Origin: a virus
IMG/VR virus record: IMGVR_UViG_3300037842_000514
DNA: 53,870 bases
Reading direction: 5' to 3' (one strand)
Shown here one piece after another: positions 27,192-37,251 of the stretch. Position 1 is the stretch's first letter, and each line of letters opens with the position of its first letter. Below the pieces are notes generated by a model. That model did no database searches, was not told the origin of the DNA, and worked only from the letters and a program-made list of their open reading frames with translations. Both the position numbers and the translations under genes were made by a program.

Positions 27192-28456
27192 AGTATTCTC
27201 TCCATATTATTATAATTAATCCCACGTGATATCTTCACTGGAAATTTACCTGATACTTCTATGATACGTCTAATGTTATTTATAAAATCACTACCATCAG
27301 ATAAATCAACATCAAATAAAAAAGCATCATAATTATATAATACTAATTTACTTCTATAATTATCTAATATAGGAATAAGTTTACTTAACGTCAACATATT
27401 TTGTTCAGTTTCTAAATTCTGAATAATATAATTAAATAATTTATTCTTATTCATGTCAGTTAAATTGTCTTTAAATATCTTCTTACTATAAATATAAGAT
27501 TTTATAAAATCTGACCCTTTTTGGTCGATCCATAGTTGTGCTATATAGTCGTTAACTTTTCCAAAAAATGGTATCTCTTTGGCGATTTTATTAGGAATTC
27601 CTCCATAAAGATACTTGAAAGACATTACTTTACTCTCATCATAACTAACGCCGTAATGTGCTCCCAAATATTCATGAACAGATCCTTCTGGAAAATCATA
27701 TCCTACAACATCAGCTATCAATCTCAAATGGTATGCGTCATAATCCATCTCAACTAACACTCCATCCTTCCCAAATCTACTAATAAATTGTTCACGAGTT
27801 CCGTCTTTTTTATTTAAAGCTGCATAATTAACTCCACCGAACCTGTTGGAAGGTCTGCCTGTTGATGTGTATGGGTTGTATTCGGTATATTTCATTCCGT
27901 TGATTGTGTATATACCATTCTTTTCTATATATGATAGCACGTCAATTACATCGTTATTATATGATGTATGTACTGGTAATGTAGTATACCGTTCTAACCT
28001 ATCAACTAGTTTTCTACAATATTCGAGATGTTTTAATATTGGAATAATTTTATTTACATTACCCACATTATAATACTTATAATTAAAGTACTTATGGGCT
28101 TGTGTGGTTATATCCTCAACTTCTAACGGTTGATTGTACATTATATAATGTTGTAGGTTTACATCAATTACGTTTTCTAAACTAACTAGTTGATTTAACT
28201 GCTTTTTATTATAAGTGTATTTACGCATCTTAGAATGTAATTTATATAAATTCACTAATGGAAGATTCAATGCTTCAGAATGGTTGAATGGTAGAATATA
28301 CTCAGTGCTATCGATAATCTTAACATATAATATACATAGTTCAGTTTCAGATGGATGTTTGCTTTCATCTAACTGCACTGGGATTATAATACTATCGCTC
28401 TTTTTAAATTGAGCTATGAACTCACTAAACTGTTTTTGATTTTCTACTATAACCAT
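27188..28456 (-). CDS. divergent family A DNA polymerase-like protein
   Basis: TSTGRPS, motif A EMDYDAYHLRLIA, motif B KVMSFKYLYG, IQ...E, motif C YNYDAFLFD. Confidence 0.7.
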   Translation of the reverse strand: MVIVENQKQFSEFIAQFKKSDSIIIPVQLDESKHPSETELCILYVKIIDSTEYILPFNHSEALNLPLVNLYKLHSKMRKYTYNKKQLNQLVSLENVIDVNLQHYIMYNQPLEVEDITTQAHKYFNYKYYNVGNVNKIIPILKHLEYCRKLVDRLERYTTLPVHTSYNNDVIDVLSYIEKNGIYTINGMKYTEYNPYTSTGRPSNRFGGVNYAALNKKDGTREQFISRFGKDGVLVEMDYDAYHLRLIADVVGYDFPEGSVHEYLGAHYGVSYDESKVMSFKYLYGGIPNKIAKEIPFFGKVNDYIAQLWIDQKGSDFIKSYIYSKKIFKDNLTDMNKNKLFNYIIQNLETEQNMLTLSKLIPILDNYRSKLVLYNYDAFLFDVDLSDGSDFINNIRRIIEVSGKFPVKISRGINYNNMERIL

Positions 28457-28664
28457 TTTTACGTAACCTTCTCCTAATTATTCTATGGCGTATGAACCCT
28501 ACGACCCAACCAACCAATAACAATATAGCAATTGAAAAACCAACGATACTAAATGATGGTGCTTCTATCACTTTATACATAAATAATACAGCAGTTAGTA
28601 ATTGAATATAAAATTGAATTGCATCTAACCTCCGAAGTTTATGATTCATGCCAATATACCTCAC
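28425..28664 (-). CDS. small membrane protein
   Basis: Two hydrophobic segments and a basic tail. Confidence 0.45.
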   Translation of the reverse strand: MRYIGMNHKLRRLDAIQFYIQLLTAVLFMYKVIEAPSFSIVGFSIAILLLVGWVVGFIRHRIIRRRLRKNGYSRKSKTV

Positions 28665-29343
28665 TCCATATTTTCACAGTTTCGGGATAAATGTCCAACA
28701 TTATTCCCTTTAACACTTCAGCATATTGTTGAATTTCCCACTGCGACGATGGCTCCGCTCTAAGTTCTATAAAATTCATTATAGCTTGAAATGAAGCTGT
28801 CCAATACACTTCAGTATATTGTGATAGTGGTAATAGGATACGAGCTTGCTCTTTAGCGACACCTTTACTTAACAGTGCATCATAGTGTTGTAACGTTAAT
28901 CTCATATGTTCTTCATATATCATGTGAGAATTACTTTGATGAAATCCAGTTAAGTCACCATCACTCGCTTGTTTATTATCATCTGATTGCTTTCTCCAAA
29001 ATTCTGGATAGTAATATTCTTCAACTGGCACATATCTACCTGATATTTCATTCCAAGCGTGATCTTTAGTTGCGCTACTAGATGTAGTTTCAATTCCCAC
29101 TACATGTTTATACCACTGTCGCATAACGAACTCAGGAGCTTTAATGTGAAATTGTACTTGCAAATGTCTAAATGGGCTGAAGTGTTTATGTTTAGCTAAA
29201 TACCTAACTAACTTTTCATCACTAACGTCCCACTTATCTTTTCGTTTACCAAACGATACACGAGCAGAATTAACTACTGTTAAATCATTCCCAAGTGAAT
29301 CTACAACCTCAATGAAGCCTTTGTCAAGGACTTTTTCTTTCAT
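28639..29343 (-). CDS. thyX: flavin-dependent thymidylate synthase
   Basis: VNSARVSF, HFSPF, NEISGRY, EQARILLP, FIELR, QWEI. Confidence 0.92.
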   Translation of the reverse strand: MKEKVLDKGFIEVVDSLGNDLTVVNSARVSFGKRKDKWDVSDEKLVRYLAKHKHFSPFRHLQVQFHIKAPEFVMRQWYKHVVGIETTSSSATKDHAWNEISGRYVPVEEYYYPEFWRKQSDDNKQASDGDLTGFHQSNSHMIYEEHMRLTLQHYDALLSKGVAKEQARILLPLSQYTEVYWTASFQAIMNFIELRAEPSSQWEIQQYAEVLKGIMLDIYPETVKIWSEVYWHES

Positions 29344-29383
29344 AATTTTATAACCTTATTGATGTATATATATAACAAATTTA

Positions 29384-29983
29384 CTATAACATTCCAAGTT
29401 TTTTTAACACGTCATTTTTTGCGGACGGTTTAGGTTTCCAATAACTCAAAGGATCTATTTGATATTTTATACCTACCATTAGTCTATCAGCGTTTTTTAG
29501 TTGTTCTAAATTATACTCGATTGAAGATTCTTTATCACCGTAGATGCTCCACTTTATCTGTAGTTTAGTGTAGAAAGGTGTTATTAGTTTAAAGTGTTTG
29601 TTAGTTATTTCTATGATTTTACCTAAATTGTTATTGGATTGTCGCGCGAAATATCTATTAACAATACCTCTTTCATAATCTTTCTTTTTTAAGTTTAACA
29701 GTGTGTGTTTAAGAAATTTAGTCTTAAATATATTATCATGTTTTGCAGTTGTGTATTCCCCAAAAGAAGTGTATCCTTTTTTTCTGTTTATAATATCAGA
29801 TGTTACATTATAATTATCACCAGTAACATAATATTCCTTTAGACCCTTAGTATATCTAATATGATACACCATATTTTCATCAACATAAGCTCCAGTATCA
29901 TTATACGTAAATTCACCTGTTAGAGTTATACCTGCTCTAGGTATAATTCTATTAGTACGTTTTAGTAGATCTTTCATATTCAT
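29384..29983 (-). CDS. hypothetical protein, distal end of the tail module
   Basis: 199 aa ORF in the tail operon. Confidence 0.55.
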   Translation of the reverse strand: MNMKDLLKRTNRIIPRAGITLTGEFTYNDTGAYVDENMVYHIRYTKGLKEYYVTGDNYNVTSDIINRKKGYTSFGEYTTAKHDNIFKTKFLKHTLLNLKKKDYERGIVNRYFARQSNNNLGKIIEITNKHFKLITPFYTKLQIKWSIYGDKESSIEYNLEQLKNADRLMVGIKYQIDPLSYWKPKPSAKNDVLKKLGML

Positions 29984-29989
29984 GTTATA

Positions 29990-32452
29990 TTAGTCCCTGG
30001 GAATGTTCATCAACACAGGATACAGTAACATCCCGACATTATCGGATGTTTCATCTTGAGACATGGGACCATCTCCAGGTTTACGACTCATTCCGGATTT
30101 CTCCAGGGTTTCTAGTACTTCTTCTTCAGATGGGATGTGTGGTGGCCCGTAAACTTCAGCGCCAGATGTTGTATTATCCCAATTATCATCCAGTATAGCA
30201 CGTACTGTTTGGGATGTACTTAAACCTACTCTCAGCATACCTTTAATTGTAGTAACCCATTCGGATGAGTTTATTGCGTGGGATATATTAGATACTTGAA
30301 ACAATGAATTTCCTTCTAAATGTGTTGGTAAATAATCACTAGTGAAAGTATTACCTGGAAATATTCCTCCTATGCCATCTACCGCAATTTCTAGATCTAT
30401 AGGTATTATGGGGTCTGATGATGCCCACACTGCAGTATCAGGAAGCATTGTTAATATATGCTTCATAGTTTTCAAGTGTTCAGGTTTAATTTTACCATTA
30501 TTGTTATACAATATTCTAGCTTTGTCCGCGAATCCCGCCGAAGTATTATTATTTGCTCTTATTATCGACCCCCATTGCATCTTTTGGCCCCTCTGTTTAG
30601 CTACCAACTCGGCAGATGTTTTAGAGACGTGTGTATTCGATTTCACAGAGCCCTGATCATCAGTATCTAGCTTCATTGTAGTATCTGGTGATATTTTTAC
30701 ATCATATCCCTTATTGGGTCCAAAGTTTTCCCATGTTAAATCTATAGAACCAAAAGCATTAACATCATATGCCATAGTCAACCCATGTAACGACTCATCA
30801 TTTTTAACACTCCTCTGATGTGAGTATGCTGATATTGTAGGGTCTCCAGTGTTTGGTTCAATTGGTGCTGAGCTATTCCCACCATACATTGCAGTAACAG
30901 CCATTGCTGATGGTATCTTAGACGTCATAGTTTGCGATTTAACAATGCCGTCTACATTCCATACGGGGAATGTGTATACTTCGCGAATTGGGTTTGGTTG
31001 TAATGCAGATTCTCGTATCAAAGTGTCTATAGATTTATAGGTCACATTATCATCCACAACTTTCATAATACCGGTGTTGTTATCATCAAATGTTAATCTA
31101 AAGTTCCATATAGGTACTTCTGAATTCAAAGCTCTAAATAGCTTTTGCAATCCAGCTTCTATTGTAGTAGCGTCCTTGAACGAATCTCTCACTAACTCCC
31201 AATGCAAATATATATTCCTCAAAAACCCTTTAGTTTTATCAGACGGCTTTGCGAATTTGGGGAGTTGGATGACATCTGCATTCATATTAGTCAAACCTTC
31301 ATGTGTGGTTTGATTTAAAGGTAATTGTCCTGGAAGTATAAATTTATTAGCGTCAGGGGTAACTAAATATTCATGGTTTGATATTAAGGTTGATTTTCGT
31401 TCAGTCTTATTAGAGTCGTTTGTTGGATATTCATCAAAACTCCTAATAGCTGATATAATAGTATCATCTTTAACTTTCCCTAAAAATTTACTCAAAATAT
31501 TATCTTCCATAAATCCCCAAGATATATAAGGGCCATAAGTTGAATCACCCCAAAGCCAATCACCCTTATGCCTAAAATAAATACCACCATCTACTTGTAA
31601 TTTATCTTTTTTATTACTAAATAAATCATCAGTATCAATTCCGCTGAACGTATCCTTCATCCATTTATCAATCTGACTTACAAAACCCCCTAAAGTTAAA
31701 ACTGGAATTACTTTCTTAGGATCATCTGGTTTTTTCTTAATACCTATATCAGAGTGTGGCTTTGCCTGTTGACTTATAATAGAGACTCCCATTGATGTAA
31801 TATCTGTAGTGCAATCAAATCCACCATCATCTCTATTGGACCATGAAAAATTAGTAATTATACCAGCCATAGCATCATAGTTACCACCATTATTGAAAAT
31901 CCTATCTTGTATACTATTATAAGCCTTGCCATTTTTTATTTCATCAGAACCGAACAATGATAAACTACCATCAATACCTATTAACTGATCTAAAGTGGAC
32001 CACCCATATTCCAATACGACCCCTTTTCCTATAGTCAGAAAATATTTCTCCATATCAGATATATCTAATTTGTCCCAGCATGTCCAATTTATTGTAGCTT
32101 TCCTCAAAGCACTCATAGGGCCTTTATATTCACACGATGCGTCTTTGATACCTGCTATTGGTCTATATGCGTTAGATGAAGCGCCTTGACTAGTAGGCTG
32201 GTGATATAAGTCTCTGAATTTTGATATAAATCCATCACTCTCAGTTAATTCCCCTCCCATCATAACCTTACCTTCACCTACTACAGAAGACATTCTTATC
32301 CACGTTGAAAATGTATGTGAACTTGCCATTGGAGCTATCGATGAATCCGACATGGTCTCGTTTATAGACACATTCCCGCTCTTTGATAGAGCCTGAACCC
32401 TTCCATGTAACGTCTCACGGATCCGTCTATCTATAGGTGATAAATTAATCAT
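29990..32452 (-). CDS. baseplate hub-like tail protein
   Basis: Follows the LysM-like gene; LEYGWS, YDAMAGIITNFSW..DGGFDC, DGIGGIFPGN.F..D.LP. Confidence 0.55.
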   Translation of the reverse strand: MINLSPIDRRIRETLHGRVQALSKSGNVSINETMSDSSIAPMASSHTFSTWIRMSSVVGEGKVMMGGELTESDGFISKFRDLYHQPTSQGASSNAYRPIAGIKDASCEYKGPMSALRKATINWTCWDKLDISDMEKYFLTIGKGVVLEYGWSTLDQLIGIDGSLSLFGSDEIKNGKAYNSIQDRIFNNGGNYDAMAGIITNFSWSNRDDGGFDCTTDITSMGVSIISQQAKPHSDIGIKKKPDDPKKVIPVLTLGGFVSQIDKWMKDTFSGIDTDDLFSNKKDKLQVDGGIYFRHKGDWLWGDSTYGPYISWGFMEDNILSKFLGKVKDDTIISAIRSFDEYPTNDSNKTERKSTLISNHEYLVTPDANKFILPGQLPLNQTTHEGLTNMNADVIQLPKFAKPSDKTKGFLRNIYLHWELVRDSFKDATTIEAGLQKLFRALNSEVPIWNFRLTFDDNNTGIMKVVDDNVTYKSIDTLIRESALQPNPIREVYTFPVWNVDGIVKSQTMTSKIPSAMAVTAMYGGNSSAPIEPNTGDPTISAYSHQRSVKNDESLHGLTMAYDVNAFGSIDLTWENFGPNKGYDVKISPDTTMKLDTDDQGSVKSNTHVSKTSAELVAKQRGQKMQWGSIIRANNNTSAGFADKARILYNNNGKIKPEHLKTMKHILTMLPDTAVWASSDPIIPIDLEIAVDGIGGIFPGNTFTSDYLPTHLEGNSLFQVSNISHAINSSEWVTTIKGMLRVGLSTSQTVRAILDDNWDNTTSGAEVYGPPHIPSEEEVLETLEKSGMSRKPGDGPMSQDETSDNVGMLLYPVLMNIPRD

Positions 32453-32455
32453 ATA

Positions 32456-32758
32456 CTACCAACTACGATTTGAAATTTCTAAAGACTTAATTATTTTTCC
32501 AGTGTGGGATGGAATGCGTAATGTAGTTCCAGCTTTGATACCTAAAGTACCTCCAGGAAGATCATTAGCTTTTGATATAATCCACCATAACGATGAATTT
32601 TTATAATATTTATGTGCTAGTAAATCTGGCCTGTCTCCATTTTTACTTACAATATACACATCGCCATTTTCAACTGGAATTTGTGGGTATACACTTGGGA
32701 CAAATACCCTGTTTCCGTCATCATTACGTTTTACTCTTAAAAATTTATATCTGCTCAT
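32456..32758 (-). CDS. LysM/gp53-like baseplate protein
   Basis: GDRPDLLAHKYY...LWWII..AN...GTTLRIP. Confidence 0.7.
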   Translation of the reverse strand: MSRYKFLRVKRNDDGNRVFVPSVYPQIPVENGDVYIVSKNGDRPDLLAHKYYKNSSLWWIISKANDLPGGTLGIKAGTTLRIPSHTGKIIKSLEISNRSW

Positions 32759-32763
32759 TTTAT

Positions 32764-34512
32764 CTACCCTTGGATTTCGTTAAACATATTCTTGTACTTA
32801 GTGCGGTATGGTTTAGTTTGAGTATGATCTGTTGATGGGTTTTTTGCAAATGTTCCATTACCGTTAGACTCAGTATCACTGAGCCAGTTTAGATCGTAAT
32901 GTTTACCAATACTTGATGGTTGATAATTCCCAATATATGTAAACTCACATGATGCTTTAATATATTTAGGCAACATTAACCCTTTATCCATTTCCCATGT
33001 AGTACCATCTTCGATTGAAATGCTTATACTGTTCAAAAATCCCGGTGTATTTACAAACATATCCCCTATAGTTAAATTTATAAAAGGTGATATCATTCGC
33101 ACGGATTCGGTACCTCCTAGATTTGAATACGATGGATAACATAACCCTACTAAATAATTTAATTTTTCCCATAAGATTGGCAGTTCTTGCTTTGTCTTAG
33201 GGTACACATCAAAACTAAAACTCAATGACCTATTAACTCCTTGATATACGTATACTTTATCAGGGCGGCCCACGTATCTCTCATCACTCCAATCAGCTGT
33301 TACGCTATCAGATATCCCACTGATGAGTGCTCTGAATATGATCCATTTACCGTTAACAATATCTCTAATTTTAAACGGTATCATATCATCATTATTATCA
33401 TTAACTGTAATATCCCCATATATACCACCGTAAGGGTGCATGTTTAATTTATCAGTGAGTTCATTATTATATTTATCGCTAGTTCCTTTATTTATTGTAC
33501 CCAATTCTTTATCAACTAATATACCCTGTACACCTTTACCTTGATCGCCGATTTTATATACAACATTAGATGCTTTCTTCCTCACAGACTGAATATCATT
33601 CGGCGTTGATGATGTGAGCCCACCACCATTTAATTCACTAGGTGATAATAATTCATCACCATATTTTGCAGTTCCGTGTAAACGGCCATATGATAATGTA
33701 GAATAATTTTTTATAGTTTGATCTTTCACTTCATGTGGTAGCGACCTAGGTCCATTTTCAAACGCCTCTAGTATAACAGCATCTACACCCATCTTACCAT
33801 TATATCCAGGCACCATATATGATTTATGAGCTATTGTCGTTCTAAAATCATTATGAGCTTTTACTAAGTTTTCTTCATTTAATTTGTTATCCTTTATTCT
33901 AGCCAAAAGATCTGCTGATTTAGTTAATATTGATACTGGTGCTTTAGTATCGTCCGCATTCCATTCGATGTCATTCAAAGAATCAGCTATCACACTACTA
34001 TACGTTCCCTTTCCGACTGGTCGGCCTAATGCTGTGTATGATGTCAGCCCTGGAGTAGTAAGTATCCTATCAATATGTACCATAGGTGCTATAGATCCCA
34101 ATGATAATGGATTCCAAAGTCTAGTTTCAGGTCTTGCGTTTAATAATTGTAACCCTAACTGCTTAACACCAAAAACTAATCCTTTTGGTGATTTTATAAA
34201 TTTTCCTATTGTAATAACATCTGATACTGTTCTCGATGCTGCAGTTACTACACCACCTCTAACGATACCAGCATCAATTGACCCTAATCCGCCAGGTCCC
34301 CAATTGTCCCCTATTTTTCTAATTATAAAAGGTTGATCATCTTCATTGGTTTTGTATTTTAATTTGGTCCATTGTGCTTTATAATTTGATATCTTTAATG
34401 GCTTTTTAATGATTTTTCTCAAAACCACTGTCGATTTAACGTTACCCTTTGGTTTGTTTTTATTGACACCTGCACCGTATGCTAAATCACTTGTCATTGT
34501 TACTAAAGACAT
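32764..34512 (-). CDS. baseplate/tail-tube initiator-like protein
   Basis: C-terminal FRALISGISDS..W...YVGRPDKVYVY.G..RSLSFSF tube-fold domain. Confidence 0.6.
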   Translation of the reverse strand: MSLVTMTSDLAYGAGVNKNKPKGNVKSTVVLRKIIKKPLKISNYKAQWTKLKYKTNEDDQPFIIRKIGDNWGPGGLGSIDAGIVRGGVVTAASRTVSDVITIGKFIKSPKGLVFGVKQLGLQLLNARPETRLWNPLSLGSIAPMVHIDRILTTPGLTSYTALGRPVGKGTYSSVIADSLNDIEWNADDTKAPVSILTKSADLLARIKDNKLNEENLVKAHNDFRTTIAHKSYMVPGYNGKMGVDAVILEAFENGPRSLPHEVKDQTIKNYSTLSYGRLHGTAKYGDELLSPSELNGGGLTSSTPNDIQSVRKKASNVVYKIGDQGKGVQGILVDKELGTINKGTSDKYNNELTDKLNMHPYGGIYGDITVNDNNDDMIPFKIRDIVNGKWIIFRALISGISDSVTADWSDERYVGRPDKVYVYQGVNRSLSFSFDVYPKTKQELPILWEKLNYLVGLCYPSYSNLGGTESVRMISPFINLTIGDMFVNTPGFLNSISISIEDGTTWEMDKGLMLPKYIKASCEFTYIGNYQPSSIGKHYDLNWLSDTESNGNGTFAKNPSTDHTQTKPYRTKYKNMFNEIQG

Positions 34513-34524
34513 TACATTCTCCTA

Positions 34525-36687
34525 TTAATTTTGACCTTGGCTAACCATTGCGCCATATAATGTTTGATTACCAGCTCCCTGACCACCTATACGTTTTGCT
34601 AATGCTCCATTTGGGCCTAGTGCTGTTAGAAGTGCATCTAATTTTTTATTAGTAGTTTCAAGATCAAACGTACCCACAGTTTCACCTTTATGAACTTTTG
34701 CTAAGCCAGTCTCCTCTATAGTACCCCCACCAGATAATGATGGCGTGGAAGTTGGAATTGGTGTGGTTTCGACATCAGATCCACCCCCAAATCCTAAAAA
34801 CGATCCAACTGAAGATATAGTTTCTTTAATAGCTTTTATAGCTTCCCACGCTAAGAATAATGGCCAAAATGCTAGCATTAATGCTTTTTTAGCTAAATTC
34901 CCAAATCCTCCGAAGTGTTTAGCGAGTAACACCACACCCGCTATTAAAGCCCCAACCCCTTCTTTAATAGCTTTTATAGCTTCCCACGCTAAGACTAATG
35001 GCCAAAATGCTAGCATTAATGCTTTTTTAGCTAAATTCCCAAATCCTCCTAAGTGTTTAGCGAGTAACACCACACCCGCTATTAAAGCCACAACCCCTAA
35101 TACAATCCATGTTATTGGATTTGCTAGAAGTGAAGCTGTAAGCCCCCACGATGCTGCAACCAAGCCCCCCATTGTACTCAGTAATGCCCACGCCCCTGCC
35201 ACCATCATAGGTCCAAATACAACAGCTAATATTGCACCAATCATAGGTAAATATGATACTATTACAGACAGTGCATCTGCTATATATTCCCATAATAATT
35301 GACTTGCCTTTTGTCCAGCATTCATGTTGTTCAATTTTTCCTGATTAGCAACCATCTTAGATAATTCACCTACACCAACACCTATCGATTCAGCTAACGC
35401 TCTTTTTTGGAGTACATTGAGTCTATTAAATTCTTCCACACTACCCATCTGACTCAAAATATCAGCAACTGCACCTTCTATATCGTCATTTAACGCTAAC
35501 CTACGAGCTGCATCATAATTTAAATTTCTACCAATCAACATTGAAGCTTCCATTTGTTTCTCTATTGAAGATTCGAAATCCAACAATGAATCTGCGATTT
35601 TAGTTGAAGTGCCTAGATTCACTCCTAACATTCTTGCTTGAACAGCAGCTCGTGCCATATTTTCACCACCATCTTTAGCGTAAGATGCAAAGGTGTCCAT
35701 ATCACCTGCCATATCTTCTAATACAGCTGCAGGAGCAACACCATTAGCTCGGGCTAATTCACTAGTCATTCTAATAGTACTAAATACTGCTTCATCACTA
35801 CTAGCGCCCATTGCACCCATACTAGCAAGTAATTTTGCACTCGTATCCGCTGACACTCCATACTGAAAGCTTAACATCTTCATGGATATTAAATTTTTAG
35901 TAGTTGCTTTTTCTAACGAACCAACATTATCTAATATGGCCTTAGCTTCGTCTCCAAATAATGCTATACCAGTACCCATTTGATTAAACGCTAATCCAGT
36001 CGACTGCGCGAAATCAAATGCGTTCTTAGCAAGTAATGCAAAGGCGCCTGCTATAGCTAATCCAGCACCACGCATTAGTACCATACGACCTTCACTCGTT
36101 TCTAATAAGTCCCCCCATCTTTTTACTTTGTTCTTTATTTTTTCAATGGCACCAAACATTGATTTATAAGCGTCATCATATTCATCCAAGATATCTTTAT
36201 TATTGCTTTGAAATTCGTTAATGTCGCCCATAACATTTAATTGTTCTTTTAATGGATTTAATTGTTCCGCTAATTGTAACCCTTTAAAACCTTCTGCAGC
36301 TGCTATCGCGTCTTCTATGGCTACTCTTTGTTGCAACTGATCTGTTAAACTAAGCTCACCTGATATAGCGTCGTGTTGAAGCTTTAATTGTTGTTGTTGA
36401 ATTTCAGCTGCAGCTACTCGACTTTTATCACCTAATAATAAATTCTCAGTTATTTGACGTTCTAGATTTCTTTGATTGAAAGTACTTTCTACATCGGATT
36501 GTTGGCGGTCTGATAAACTTCTTTTGGCTTTTAATTGATTTCTATACATGCCAAGCAGTTCTTTATTTGAGTTGGACAGTTTACCTTCTTCCATCGCTAC
36601 TTGTTTAATAGCTGCTACTCTATCTTGTAAAGATTTAATTATCTCTTTATTAGTTTTTATATGATCTTTATCTGATTTTGTAGGCAT
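34525..36687 (-). CDS. tail tape measure protein
   Basis: 720 aa, helical, Ala/Gln-rich, hydrophobic C-terminal segments; located between the chaperone and baseplate genes. Confidence 0.75.
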   Translation of the reverse strand: MPTKSDKDHIKTNKEIIKSLQDRVAAIKQVAMEEGKLSNSNKELLGMYRNQLKAKRSLSDRQQSDVESTFNQRNLERQITENLLLGDKSRVAAAEIQQQQLKLQHDAISGELSLTDQLQQRVAIEDAIAAAEGFKGLQLAEQLNPLKEQLNVMGDINEFQSNNKDILDEYDDAYKSMFGAIEKIKNKVKRWGDLLETSEGRMVLMRGAGLAIAGAFALLAKNAFDFAQSTGLAFNQMGTGIALFGDEAKAILDNVGSLEKATTKNLISMKMLSFQYGVSADTSAKLLASMGAMGASSDEAVFSTIRMTSELARANGVAPAAVLEDMAGDMDTFASYAKDGGENMARAAVQARMLGVNLGTSTKIADSLLDFESSIEKQMEASMLIGRNLNYDAARRLALNDDIEGAVADILSQMGSVEEFNRLNVLQKRALAESIGVGVGELSKMVANQEKLNNMNAGQKASQLLWEYIADALSVIVSYLPMIGAILAVVFGPMMVAGAWALLSTMGGLVAASWGLTASLLANPITWIVLGVVALIAGVVLLAKHLGGFGNLAKKALMLAFWPLVLAWEAIKAIKEGVGALIAGVVLLAKHFGGFGNLAKKALMLAFWPLFLAWEAIKAIKETISSVGSFLGFGGGSDVETTPIPTSTPSLSGGGTIEETGLAKVHKGETVGTFDLETTNKKLDALLTALGPNGALAKRIGGQGAGNQTLYGAMVSQGQN
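34823..35098. repeat. near-perfect tandem duplication, 2 x 138 nt (46 aa), in the tape measure gene
   Basis: GV.ALIAGVVLLAKH.GGFGNLAKKALMLAFWPL.LAWEAIKAIKE occurs twice, with DNA nearly identical. Confidence 0.92.
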
Positions 36688-36703
36688 TTTTAAGTAATCT
36701 TAA

Positions 36704-36964
36704 TTATAAATTTACTAAGGTTTGTAATAATTTATTATTCGATTGAGCTGCTCGGTTCTTAACATCATTTCCTAACCTCTCCATATCACTCGCGGTTTTT
36801 TCAGCTTCTTTCTCTATCCGCAGTACCTGAGCAAGCATATCTTTATCACCAGTCGCTTTTATAGCCTTATATAATTGAGTATGTTGCTTCTTATTGTTTC
36901 CTTTAACAAAAAAATTGAACAATTTCTTCCCCACACCTTCATTGATACTTATTTTTTTAGACAT
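36704..36964 (-). CDS. hypothetical protein
   Basis: Likely start MSKKISINEG with a GAGG RBS; promoter-like motif at 37008-37016. Confidence 0.6.
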   Translation of the reverse strand: MSKKISINEGVGKKLFNFFVKGNNKKQHTQLYKAIKATGDKDMLAQVLRIEKEAEKTASDMERLGNDVKNRAAQSNNKLLQTLVNL

Positions 36965-37023
36965 AATGTGTTCCTCTACTAATTTAAATTGAATATAATA
37001 ACTCAATAATAAATATCAAATTA

Positions 37024-37251
37024 TTAAGTTTTTCGCGATGATGGTGGCCTACTTAACCCCTTATTTTGCTTAGTAGACTTTTCCATTTGCTTCGCCTCTT
37101 CTTTATAACTAAGTTCGAGTTGTTTCAAATAGAACATACGTAAGTATGTGGGCATCATATAAACTTCATTAAATGTGAATCCACCTTTACCGTGGAAGCA
37201 TAGTTGATAGATTTGTTTGTGTATGTTAGGTTTATCTTCTGGTTTTAGGCC
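37024..37251 (-). CDS. frameshift extension of the tail assembly chaperone (GT-like)
   Basis: 75-codon open frame (GLKPEDKPNIHKQIYQLCFHGKGGFTFNEVYMMPTYLRMFY...) starting right at the T7 run and lacking its own upstream start. Confidence 0.6.
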   Translation of the reverse strand, partial: GLKPEDKPNIHKQIYQLCFHGKGGFTFNEVYMMPTYLRMFYLKQLELSYKEEAKQMEKSTKQNKGLSRPPSSRKT

